Shown: piece by piece, positions 49,688 to 64,000 of the stretch
Position numbering within the stretch: position 1 is the first letter of the stretch
Layout: each line of letters starts with the position of its first letter
Origin: Proteromonas lacertae
Taxonomy: Eukaryota
Assembly: GCA_002245135.1 (NCBI GenBank)
Contig: NGBS01001169.1
Location: 1 to 64,000, forward strand
Direction: 5' to 3'
Length of the DNA stretch: 64,000 bases
Translations under genes and position numbers: made by a program
The notes under the pieces: model-generated
Database searches by the model: none
Seen by the model: the letters and a program-made list of their open reading frames with translations, nothing else
Told to the model about the DNA's origin: nothing

Positions 49688-51184
49688 TTATAATTCTCCT
49701 TCAGAACCTTCTTCACCAACTGAATTAACAGCATTCTTCTTAAGGAAGTCAACCATAGCATCAACTGTTCGATCACCTTCAAAATCAAGAACTTTATTAT
49801 CAGCTGTGAATAATTTCAATGTTGGGAATCCTCTAATATTAACTTGTGGGTGATCTACTTCATTAGCTGTAGCATCCATCTCAGCAATAACGATCTTGTC
49901 ATTTCCTTTTAACTTCTTAGCTAAATCTTCATAGATTGGCTTTAAAGCTTTACAATGTCCACACCATGGTGCATAGAACTTCACCAATACATCTTTACCT
50001 TCAGCTAAAGCAATTGAATCGAATGTTTTACCTACAATCTTATATACTGGTTCTTCTTGTTTCTCTGGGATTGGTTCTGATTTTAAGAAAATTGTTAATT
50101 TTCCTTCAATGAAATCTTCAACGAATTTCTTCATTTTTTCTACTGTATATTCAGTCTCTTCGTATTTGTATTTCTTACTTCCACCTTCCATCTTCACACC
50201 TACTAAAGCTGGTAAGGATGATTTCTCAACACCAAAATATTCATATAATCTAGATTCTGATTCTGGAACATGAATGAAGTAGAATTTACCTTGGAATTCT
50301 TTGGCTACAGCTGTGAATGCATCTTTTACACTTTCATATTTAGAATCTTCAGTAAAGATTAACATATGTTGATGTAATTTGACATTTGGAGCGAATATCT
50401 TTTTGGCGGTATCTTGATTGAAATCAACAACAATTGGTAATTCATTCTTCAATATAAAGTCATTAACTTCATCTTTGTTATTAATATCTCCTTCGAATTT
50501 GATTGTGTATGGTTCATAGTTAGTGTAGATCACTAAACCTGGGAAGGAAATACCTGCTGCTTTAGCTGCTGATTCATCATTTACATAACCGAATGATAAA
50601 TCTTCGAATGATGTAGCAACTGATACGTATGTCTTGTCTTCATCACTGTCTGCTTTGAAAGCAGCTACAACTGTTACATCAGCGGTTTTCTTGAAATTGG
50701 TGACTTCTTCAGCTGTTAATAATAATTTCGCTACTGGACCAGTCTTCTTTTTCATGAACTTTACGATATCTTCTTTAGTTCTACCTCCTTCATAGTCAAT
50801 GACTGTATCTCCTCTTAAAAACTTAACTGTTGGGAATCCTTGAATATTGAACTTTGTTGCTAATTGTTTTTCTACTGTACAATCAACTTGAGCTAAATAG
50901 ACTGGTGGGTCTAATTGTTTCAATTCTGCAGCAGCTTTTGCATATTCAGGTGCAAGTCTCTTACAATGTCCACACCACTATTAAGATTAATTGTTTAAAA
51001 TTATACTGGAGCATAGAATTTGACTAGAACCATTCCAAGTTCTTTAAGAGCTTCATCAAAGTTATCATCGGTTAAAATAATAACATCATCCTCTTCTTTG
51101 TACTATTTATATCTTAATATTCTATTATACGTTGTGAGCTGACACAATCAAAGCAAGAAGTGCGAACACTAAGAAACTTTTCAT
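49688..51184 (-). CDS. PDI: Protein disulfide isomerase (a-b-b'-a')
   Basis: Signal MKSFLVFALLALIVSA; two FYAPWCGHCK sites (the first split by a 29-nt intron); GFPT motifs; ends EGEL*. Confidence 0.95.
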
Positions 51185-51451
51185 CTATAGAATAATAAAT
51201 TGATTGCATATTGAATTTTTGAGTAATATAAAATATAAAATAAAGAGAATAAAATACTTTTTAAAAGATTAATGAAAAAAAGTATAGTGATTTTATGTTT
51301 AATCAAACAAAACAATTGTAACTATTTGATTGGGCTTGTGTTAAGACAACGTATTTATTGCATGTATTTAGTGTATTATATGTATGAAAGAACAAAAAAT
51401 CTATTTTAGTATTGCATTAATCATTAAAATTGTAATATATATGAAGAATTG

Positions 51452-54400
51452 TTAGAATACATCAAGGTGCGGAATTCTATTCAGATTATTCATTTTCTTT
51501 ATATTTTCATAATTAGTTGTTCTAAGATTTAATTTTTCAAGCTTAGGCATGAATCCAACAGCTTTATTCAAATTTGTTAACACATCTTCTTCAATGTTAT
51601 TTCCAGCAAGACTCAATACCTTTAATTTGGTGACCGTTTTTAAAGAGTCACATAAATCACTAATACTTTCTTTATCAATAGAAATAGATGCTAAATTAAG
51701 AACTTCAAGATATGAAAGCTTGTTTAAAACTGAACATAAACTAGCTATTCCAACATCTTTTATTTTTGTTGCTATATATTGTATAATAATACAATTAAAT
51801 ACAATCTAAGTTTAATGCTTTCAAATGTGGCAATGATGTAAGGTTATTAACTAATTCAGATATTCCATGGTTGTTTATAATTGATTGAATATCTGGAACA
51901 TCTGTTGAATCAACAATTCTCATTAATACTTTTCTTCTAACTGACTTATCATTTTCCTGCTGTTTCAATGTATTGAATTGTTCTAAGAAATGGGTAATGA
52001 TCATAATTTCTTCATTTGTAAATGCGTCTGACACTACATTTTATAATATTACTATAAAATTAATAAATACATTCTTCAGCAGATACTTTATATTCAGCAA
52101 ATTTTCTATAAAATCCTTCAATAAATATGTCATTCACCTCATTATCTTTTAACATTCCAATGATAGTATTTATATTAACAAGAAGACTTCCATAGGTATT
52201 TCCATTGCTATCAATAACAGTATGAATATCTGATTCATTAACCAATTCAAATAAATCTCTATTACCTTTTTCTCCTTTTAACCCTAACAACAAACTAATT
52301 AGACAAAATTTGTCAATTTCTACTGCTATAATTGAACATAAAGATAAGAATGTGTTATTATACATGGAGGAGTATTGAAAACTTGTCTTATAATTTCTGC
52401 TACAGGATCTAATGAAGACCGAAATAACCTTTCACCTTCTGTAGATATACTATTTTTTATAATTAACATTTTATTTAATAAATTATTAATATGTTGCATT
52501 TCTATATATATATAATATATAAATCACATTATACGAATATGCAACTTATGTTTCATTTGTCTATATAAATCATTGAATTTATAGAGTGAATTAATACATC
52601 CACTCTCTATTTTGTTATCTACATATTATATTACAATTTATATTTTAATACAATCTAGTTTAAGTGATTCAAGGTTTGATATATATTTTAGATTCTTACT
52701 TAAATTTTCAATTCCTGCTGATGCAATTTCATTAGATTGTATATTCAACTTCTTCAATGAATTTAATCCTGAAAATGATTCTGCAATGTAAGAAAATCCT
52801 AAATCTCCCATTTTATTGCAGTTTATGTTTAATATTTCTAGCGAATGTAAATGTTTCAATCCATCTTTTAGTGAATTACATCCAATAACACCAATATTAT
52901 TGTCTATTTATAGTTTATATTAGTAAATAATTAATACAATCAAGACTAATCAATCTCAACTTCTGCAATGCAGTAAAATGTTCAACAAGAGCAGAAACAC
53001 CTTCATCACCAATAAAATTTCCTATAACAGTAGATAAAAAAATGATTACTTTCAATTGATAATTCTTCTAAATCAGTTAAATACATTAAACCTTTAGATA
53101 GTCCATATGCTCCAATAAACTTCAATTTATTGACTAAAAAATATAACATAATAAACATACAGTCAATGTCAAGAAATCTGAGATGAGGAATATACTTGAA
53201 ATTATCAAAAAGTCCAATATCTGATTTATCTTCTATTTCATTGTGATCTAATCTCAAATTCACCAACTTACTGATATATTTCAGATTCATTAATAAGGAA
53301 TCTAAACCAGGATTAGCAATCTCATTGTCTAAATAATATGATAGATTTAATAAGAATACAACTCAACTGAAGAATAGATAAATGAGGCAATGATGAAAAT
53401 TGATTTGAAATAAACTTCATTCCATCATCGCCAATGTGACAAGAATCTAAATTCAATTGAATTAACTGATTTATAGATAATAAACATCTACTTAATACTG
53501 ATGATCCATTTCCATAAATATCATTATCTACAATTAATAAAGAATACAAATATATATACAATCCAAATCTAATACTTCTAATGAAGTAATATTAGATATG
53601 CTGTTTTTGAAAATATCAATCGCAGAATCATTCATTCCATTATCTTCGATGTATAATTCTTTGATATTCTTCAGATAAGATAAAATATTGCAGAAATGAG
53701 TTATATCATCAATACTAAATTCGTTATGAGATACATTTATCTTTTCTAAATCTGTTAAGCTTTTAAGTGATTCACAAAGTCCTTTCATTGATTCTGTAGA
53801 AAAATGTAGACTTTCAACATTTAAATCTTGTAATGATGTAATTGCAGAGAGAGAGCTAAAATCAATAAATGAGTTAAATTGAGTGGTATTAACTATAATA
53901 TAATGTATACAAAAAATACAGCTTATGTTTAGAGTTTGAAGTTTATTACAATTCTTAAGAGATTCTAATAGTTTCTGAATTCCAGTTGCTGATAGGTTAT
54001 TATCCATTACAGATAAATGCATCAAATTGATAGAACTAAGTAGAATAAGCTTTATACCATCTACTAAATCATCTCCTATTTCATTATCTATGTTTAATAA
54101 ATAGTCAAATAGTTATACAATCTAAATTAATTGATTGGATATTTTTGATGTTAGGTAATGAATGAATAAAATTTGTAAGCAATTCATTTGTTAAGCCAGT
54201 CTCTATTTTAGAAAATATAAAATTATATATATATATATATACTATCCATATTAAGTTCTGTAATATTATAGAGGTTATGTGCTATATATAATAATGACTT
54301 TGCAGAAAATTTGAATTTTATAGTTGGTAGTTCAGACATAAATTTGTTTTTTTCTGTCATTTCTTCTAATTTCAATTCTTTTGCTGGAATTAATGAGTTC

Positions 54401-55666
54401 TTTACACTAAACTTTTTAATTGGTAAATATTTTACAACTGGAAATAAAAATGGGTAATACTTATTACATATATTATAGTCAACATAATAATTCCACTCTT
54501 TAATATTAGTAATTTGACTAAATATATCTTCATGGTAAAAATTATTTAACTTAAGCTCATCAATTATGCTTGGATTATAACTATATAATCTTAATAATAG
54601 CAAAAACTGATTTGTATAATGATGAATATTAAACGAATTAATCAACAATCTGATATAATCTTCACATGAAAAAATAGACTTAACATAACCTTCACATTCA
54701 ATATCAGAATTGATATTCTTTAATGACAATACCATTTGAAATTGACTAATTATATCTTTACTATATGGATCAATTTCATCATATATTAAATCTACAAGAT
54801 ATGATTTTTCATATAGTATATTTATATAATCCTTTAAGTTATCAATTGTTACATGTTGATCAATATTACGTATAATGTTTATAAACAACAATAATATAAA
54901 TTTATTACTGATACATTTATACAAATACTTGTTATTTACTGATTCTTTTTTGTATAGCTGAGTTATACTAATATCATTGTTATAATACTGTCCACTATAC
55001 ATATAAAACAATATTTGTCCAAAACTATAAACTGTTTTACTATCTTCATCCATTATTTTCGATTTATTCATATTAATATTATATTGTCCATTATATTCAT
55101 CATTTAATATATCAGTCTTTTCATTGATATAATCCACAAGAACTACTCTATTAATTTCATCCTTATATTCAACGATTGTGTTTGATTCTTTTAATTGTGA
55201 GTATATTTTATATTCTTTTAACTCTTCTAATCCCATTATTATGTCATTCAGATACTTATATTCATTTCTATCAGCTTCTGTTAAGGAACATCCTTCAATG
55301 AATTCTCTGAAAATTAGAATTTTGTTGTATTTCTTAGATTCACAATAGATACTTTTTAATATATACTTTCCTTCGTACAATTTCTATAAACAAATAATAT
55401 AATACACAAATACAGTCATTTCAGAATCACACTTTGAATTAATAATCTTCAAGACATATTTTTTATTGTCAATTGTCAATAAAAGACTTGTTTTAATCAT
55501 GTACATGTTAAGAACCTACAATAATTAATATAATATTTCATACGGTGATATCTTGTTCTTTTAACACCAAATCTGATGTTATATTATAAGATCTTTTTAT
55601 AGCATCTACAAAATCTGGTAAATCATTCAGAATTTGTTGAATACCATCCAAAATAAAGATTTTCAT
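51452..55666 (-). CDS. Degenerate kinase-like N-terminus fused to ribonuclease-inhibitor/NLRC3-type LRRs
   Basis: YVLK, LIFREFIEGCSL, IYSQLKESN, VLVDY, VYSFGQILFYMYSG (kinase fold without HRD or DFG); many LxxLxLxxNxIxxxG repeats, with introns repeatedly at the same repeat position. Confidence 0.7.
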
Positions 55667-55733
55667 ATTTTGAATATCAAGCAAGAATCCAAGCTTTAAT
55701 TTATAAATGTAACGAATATATTTTAATTAAAAG

Positions 55734-57059
55734 ATGAATGACGTATTTATCCTTATCTACTGTGAATAGAAAAAGATAATTGTTTCTAAAGACAAAATTG
55801 ATGATTTTTCAAGTAGAAAAGATAAAAATAAAGTACAAAAAGTGACTTTTAAAGATTGTGGATTAAGTGACTTGAAAGTATTACATTATTTATAGTATTA
55901 GAAATTAAATTTATCTTTATTTGTCAATATAACATGGTTAGATTTGAGCAACAATAATTTAACAGGATCATCTTTGTTAGAATTAGCTAATCTACGAAAT
56001 ATAGATGTTTTGAATATATCTCACAACAAAATTAAATCAATACCTAAAGAACTAAGCAAAACCTTCTATAATGTAAAAGTATTAATTTCAATCACTACCA
56101 GTTGAATAGGCTTTAATAGCAAATGATAATGAAATAGAATCTGTTGTGTTTCTTGAATATCTTATCGTATATGATGCATTTAATTTATAATTAGGTTGTT
56201 AATACAATAGTATTAAGTCGTAATAATATAAAAGTAATAAAATCTGAAAATACAGATCATTTACAAGAATTAATCAAATTTTCAATGTAATAATTATATA
56301 TATATATATATATATATATAATATGTAAATAGATCTCATAATGATTTAATATCTTTTCCTCCATTCAAAAATTCGCCTCAATTAAAAGAATTGCGATTAA
56401 ATTCAAACAAAATATCAGAAATTCCAGAGAATATAATTTCAAAAATAAATAAACTAAAAATATTAGATATTGGTTCTAATTCTTTCAATAATATTCCTTC
56501 AATCTTTTCAATATTAAAATGTTTAGAGAATTTTACATTTACTGGAAATCCATATTGTTTAGAACATGAAGATTATGTATATTGATATTTATTGATTTAT
56601 ATTGATTTGGATAGAGAAATGAAATTATATCAAAAAATGGTTCAATAACAATAATTGATGGGATTAAAGCATCAAAGATGATAGGAAATAAAGAAAAAAG
56701 AATAACAAAGGAAGAATTTAAAGAAGAAGAAAAAGAAGAAGAAAAGAAGATGGAGAAGAAAGAAGAAAAGTCACATAAAAAGAAAGAAAAGAAAATAGTG
56801 GAAAAGGAGGTCGAAGAAACAAAACCTAAAAAAAGAGAGAATGAAGAGAGGAAGAAAGATGAATTAATTAAAGAAAAAAAGAGATCAAAAAAAGAAAAAA
56901 ATGTTGTAGTTGAAACAGATGTATTTTATATTTTCATGATTATATTATTATTAGCATACTGGAGTAATAAAAATAAAAGAATCTAAGAATAAACCAAAGA
57001 ACGTAAATTCATTTGATGAATTGATGAAGAAAAGTGGTGAAGAAATTGAAGGATGGTAA
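55734..57059 (+). CDS. SDS22-type LRR protein with a Lys/Glu-rich C-terminus (possibly nucleolar)
   Basis: LDLSNNNL, LNISHNKI, LRLNSNKI, LDIGSNSF and an LRR cap FTGNPYC..Y..IIDG; K/E-rich tail ending EGW*. Confidence 0.7.
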
Positions 57060-57140
57060 ATAATGATAATCGTTTTTTTGTTAGATAGATTATATTGAGT
57101 ATATAAAAATAACATATACATGAATTTATAAACTATTAAA

Positions 57141-57670
57141 TTAATCTAAATCATCTTCTTCATCTTCTCCTGAATCACACTGTATTGAATCATCACTAAT
57201 TTCATCATCCACAAGGAAACCATCACCAAAATCATATTCATTCTCTTCAGATTCACCACTTTCTGAATCATCTGAACTATTGTGTGGTTTTGGATAGTCA
57301 GAATCACCGGGATGACTATATTCTTTTTTGTGTTGTGGGTTTTTCCTATAGCAGTTAGCTCCATATTTACATGGAGGTCTTCTTTGTATTCTTCTTTTCT
57401 TATGTGGTTTCTATATCATTAAATTATTTTTCATACATTGTTATTAGTATTTTGAACTACTTTCTTATAATCCTGAGCTAAAAGAATAATAAGATTTAAA
57501 ATACGAATGGCAATAATGCTAGAAACTGAATCTCTAAATAAGGAAGGTCCAAGGAATCCTACAACATATTCTCATTATAAAATACCACAATTACATATTG
57601 GCGCGAAAGTGATCTGTGAACATATTGGACATTTCCATTCACCTTTATCATTGCATTTGACTGTATTCAT
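57141..57670 (-). CDS. Small APLF-like protein: Zn knuckle, single PBZ finger and acidic histone-chaperone motif
   Basis: Spliced: WKCPICSQ..CNCG; PCKYGANCYRKNPQHKKEYSHPGDSDY (PBZ); NEYDFGDGFLVDDE. Not represented in the correct frame in the ORF track. Confidence 0.8.
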
Positions 57671-57825
57671 TTCTAAACTATAAAACCGGACCATATACCT
57701 CAAGGCTGAAGAAATAAAAATAAAAATGTCAAAATGACTGGTATTTACTTCGGTTTTAGTAATAATTACAATCCGTTTTATTATTTTTGAGTAATTGAGT
57801 AATTCGTAGGTTTCTATTTATAAAA

Positions 57826-60428
<2,603 letters not shown>

Positions 60429-60619
60429 TAGTAGTGTAATAAATAATCATATATTAGTTATATATATTGAAAAAGAAAAAAATGATTTGTGAAAAAAATG
60501 AAAATATTAATATTTTATTTAACTTATTATAATATTTTTTCTTTTTTATCCAGAAAAGTAGATTTAAGAAAAATAAAAAATAAACATCAACTAAATTTTA
60601 ATAACAACAAAAAACATAA

Positions 60620-62787
60620 TTAAATCTTTCTTCTCTTATTTCCTCCTTTCTTTGGCTTTTTATGATGTCTTTTCTTCCATCTGTTTCTAGCACTTAAGAT
60701 AGAAAATTTTGGATCATCTACTTGTTTTAATGAATTATTAATTGGCATATTATCTAATCCTAATGTAATACTTTGTAATGGATCACCAGATGCAGTTTTA
60801 TTTTTATTAATATTGTAAGTTCTTTTTTTATTCACTTTCTCTTTCAATTCACTATTTTCATTCCTTTGTAACACAGTAGGTAATAAATAATTTGGTATAA
60901 TCTTTAAATGTCTTTTCACTTTCTTAGGTAATAAAGCTCTATCATGTTCTAATAGATTCAATTCATCTGGATGTTCATCAAAATGGTTTTCTAATTTTTC
61001 ACTATTCAAAATTTCTTGCTTTAATTCATTTATTCTTGCTTCTTTGATCATGTTTCTGGTTATATTATTCAATACATCTTCAACTCTGTATCTGAATCTA
61101 TTTATTTCGTTTATATCAAATACCAATAAATGAGGTTGACTAATTCCATCAATTGAAGGATTAAATTCTTGTATATCTTTCAATACATTATTTTCTAAGG
61201 CATTTCCATTTATTACGAGTGATAAAGCACTTCCTTTCAGATTTGCTCTTCCAGTACGACCTATTCGATGTAAATAACTTTCTTTTGTTAAAGGAAAATC
61301 GAAATTAATTACCATATCAACATCTATATAAAGATATTACAATAAATCAAATGTTAATACTTTTAAAATCAAATCCTCTACTTACACCATAATCATTGTC
61401 TTTATACTTTGGTGTTGTTTTCTTTTTATTTGTTTTTATATTATCTATACGTGGAATTGAATCTAAATCTTCATCTAAATCAACACTGTCATCATCTTCT
61501 TCTTCACTTTCTTTCTCTTTTTCTTTATCCTCTTTTTCATCTTCTTCTTCATCATCATCTTCATATTCATCATCATTTTCTTCTTCATCTTCTTCTTCCA
61601 TTTCTTCTACTTCATCATCCTCATTTCCTGTATATACAAACATATCTTCACTCAAACTCTCATCTGTAGCTATTAAATACTCAAATCCTCCATTATTATA
61701 ATTGGATAATATATTTAATCTACTGTTAAATGGCAATTCAGAGTTTAAAACACCACAACCAATTGAAAATTGTTCTAAAAATAGTTTTAATCTATATGCT
61801 TTCTCAATTGAATTAACGAAAAATAATACTTTTCCTTTTATTATGTTTAATTTGATTAAAGCAAAAACTAATAAGAATTTATCATTTTCAGTGACTTTCA
61901 TATATTGTTCCATTAAATTTTCTATATATTTTTATATAAATATACAATAAAAATAAAAATAAAAATAAAAATAAAAATACTTTTAGAATCTTCTTCTAAC
62001 TTCAATATCATTGGATTATGTAACAATAACTTTTTCAATTTCAATATATCTTCACTCAAAGTTGCAGACATTAAAACTGATTGACAATTTGGAGGTAAAC
62101 CTTTAATTAAATAATTCACATCATCTTCATAACCATAAGTAAGAACTAAATCAGCTTCATCAATGACTAGAGTATTGATTTCTTCTGCTTTTAGATTTAA
62201 ATATCCATTTTTCATAGCATCAACTAATTTCTTTGGTGTTGATATGATTATTGTTGGTTTTGATTTTAATTTGGTCATTTCTATTTTTTTATCTTCACTG
62301 AGTAATGATGAAACGGTAATATTTTCATTTCCACTCAGTAATACTTCTATAGCTTTATATACTTGATCAACTAATTCGAACGATGGAACAAGTATTATCA
62401 CTCTGATGGCCTTTTCTAAAATAATTATGATATATAAATATATATATTAATATACTTTCGCTATTTAAAAGAAGCAATTTTTGAACAATCGGGATAGAAT
62501 ATGCCATTGTTTTCCCTGAACCAGTTCTAGCTCTGACTAATAAATCTTTCCCTTCCAATATAACAGGAATGCATTGATTCTATTGATTTATATTGATAAA
62601 AAATGATCTAAATACTTGAACAATAGTTGGTCTGGTGAATCCTGCACGTTTTATTGATTTTAAAAGAGATGCATGCAACCCTATATTATAAGAATGGATA
62701 AATAACAATAGAAATACCAAATGTATTACTATCAAAGGTGACATCATCCTCTAACATATGTGTATCACAAGAACCAAAGTCTTCCAT
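60620..62787 (-). CDS. DDX56: DEAD-box helicase DDX56/Dbp9
   Basis: [76 protein letters not shown]. Confidence 0.93.
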
Positions 62788-62942
62788 TACAATATACAAC
62801 TAAACAGAATGAAAAATTAGTTTATGTAATGTGAATTAGACAAAATGATTTTAGAAAACCGACAAGCTTTCTGCTTGAAATATTTTTCATTCTTGAAGTT
62901 TTTTTCACCCTTTTTACATCACTATCAGCATATTAATATATA

Positions 62943-64000
62943 ATGGGAAAAGAAGAAGAGCTTAAACGACAGGAACAAATAGATAATTTGAAGAAGGAGA
63001 TAGAAGCATACAATCCTTCCATTCCAAGCAAGTTGAATGTATATATACATGTTGTGATTATTCATTTAGGCTGATAAATTGGAGGAGGTCATTACAGATT
63101 TATTAGGTTATGAAAAGAAAGCAAGACTTGTATTTATAGAAGTATATATATTTTTAGTTAATGGAAAATGATATTGGATGTGAATTATGCACAAAAATGT
63201 TTGATATTTGCTTTGAAAAAGGTAACTGGGATAAAATCAATGATTTGCTAATAATACTGTCAAAGAAGCGTCAACAACATCGTAAAGTTATTACATCTTT
63301 CGTTGACCAAACACTGAAATTTGCAGAGAAGTGTCCAACACTAGAAACAAAGATTAAACTAATTGACACAATAAGAACAGTAAGTGAAGGTAAAATTTTC
63401 GTAGAATTGCAACATGCACATGCAACATATAATTTGTGTAAAATATATGAGCAACAAAACGATTTAAACAAAGCAGCTGAGATATTAGATGAGATTCAGG
63501 TAGAAACAATAGGTAGTATGGAATTACGTGAAAAAACAGAAATACTATTAGAGCAAATGAGATTAAGACTTGCAACTGATATTATTCGTGCTAGATTAAT
63601 AATGAGAAAAATTGATTCAAAAACCTTGGAAAAAGAAGAACTTCAAGATTTGAAATTGAAATATTATAATATGTTAATATCATTCGATGCTAGAGAAGAT
63701 GATGTGCCCGATTTAGCTGAGTGTTATTATGCAATTTACAATACACCAATTATTAAGGAAGATGAAAGTAAATGGAAAGATGCTTTAAGACGATATGTGA
63801 TGTTTTTACTACTTACAAACTATGATAATACCAAATCTGATAAAATGCATAGATTACTTGAATTTGAAAAGAAACCATTAGAGAAAACTGAAGATATGTT
63901 GAGTTTATTAAGATTATTCACCACAAATCAATTGATATTTTGGCCTTTAGAAAATGAGAAAGAGATTGTAAATCAAAAAGTATTTACAGATGAAATATAT
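62943..64000 (+). CDS. PSMD12: 26S proteasome lid subunit Rpn5/PSMD12 (runs off the window end)
   Basis: LLGYEKKARL, LSKKRQQ, LIDTIRTVSEGKIFVE, AAEILDEIQVETIGSM..EK..LLEQMRL. Missing from the ORF track because there is no stop in the window. Confidence 0.92.

Noticed and set aside
61396..61701. Ser-rich and His/Leu-rich plus-strand ORFs
   Set aside because: Antisense to the acidic insertion of DDX56.

Overview
Very AT-rich, gene-dense nuclear DNA from a unicellular eukaryote. It holds about 30 protein-coding loci separated by roughly 65-370 nt. Most are broken by very short GT-AG introns (24-45 nt, mostly near 30; donor GTAT.., acceptor ..TAG), so the ORF track fragments most genes. Intron size, the GT-rich 3' elements and gene content resemble Blastocystis or a related gut stramenopile (inference). 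Housekeeping genes: RanBP1, DDX42, SAS10/UTP3, PRIM2, a Sen1-like helicase, two spermidine synthases, Sec1/Munc18, NDUFS5, PDI, DDX56, RPN5, DOLPP1, a NEK kinase, a MAPK-like kinase and a PKG-like kinase. Accessory loci: a >9 kb intronless modular surface-protein gene, two intronless bacterial-like MFS transporters, a decayed BTB-Ig-SPRY gene, a GPI-type surface protein and a pseudokinase-LRR gene. Most notable: (1) two minor-spliceosome (U12-type) AT-AC-like introns; (2) a Cache-Ig-7TM-RGS receptor whose C-terminal tail depends on one of them; (3) a recurrent (T/A)CAAGC(T/C)T motif upstream of start codons; (4) a SPAG17/PF6-like flagellar domain, a minimal APLF-like protein, a motif-dead kinesin and a tail-anchored spermidine synthase. 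Scattered single-base frameshifts, mostly in short homopolymers, are most likely assembly errors. All gene models were spliced by eye, so terminal coordinates are approximate where stated. No rRNA, tRNA, CRISPR array or transposon could be supported.
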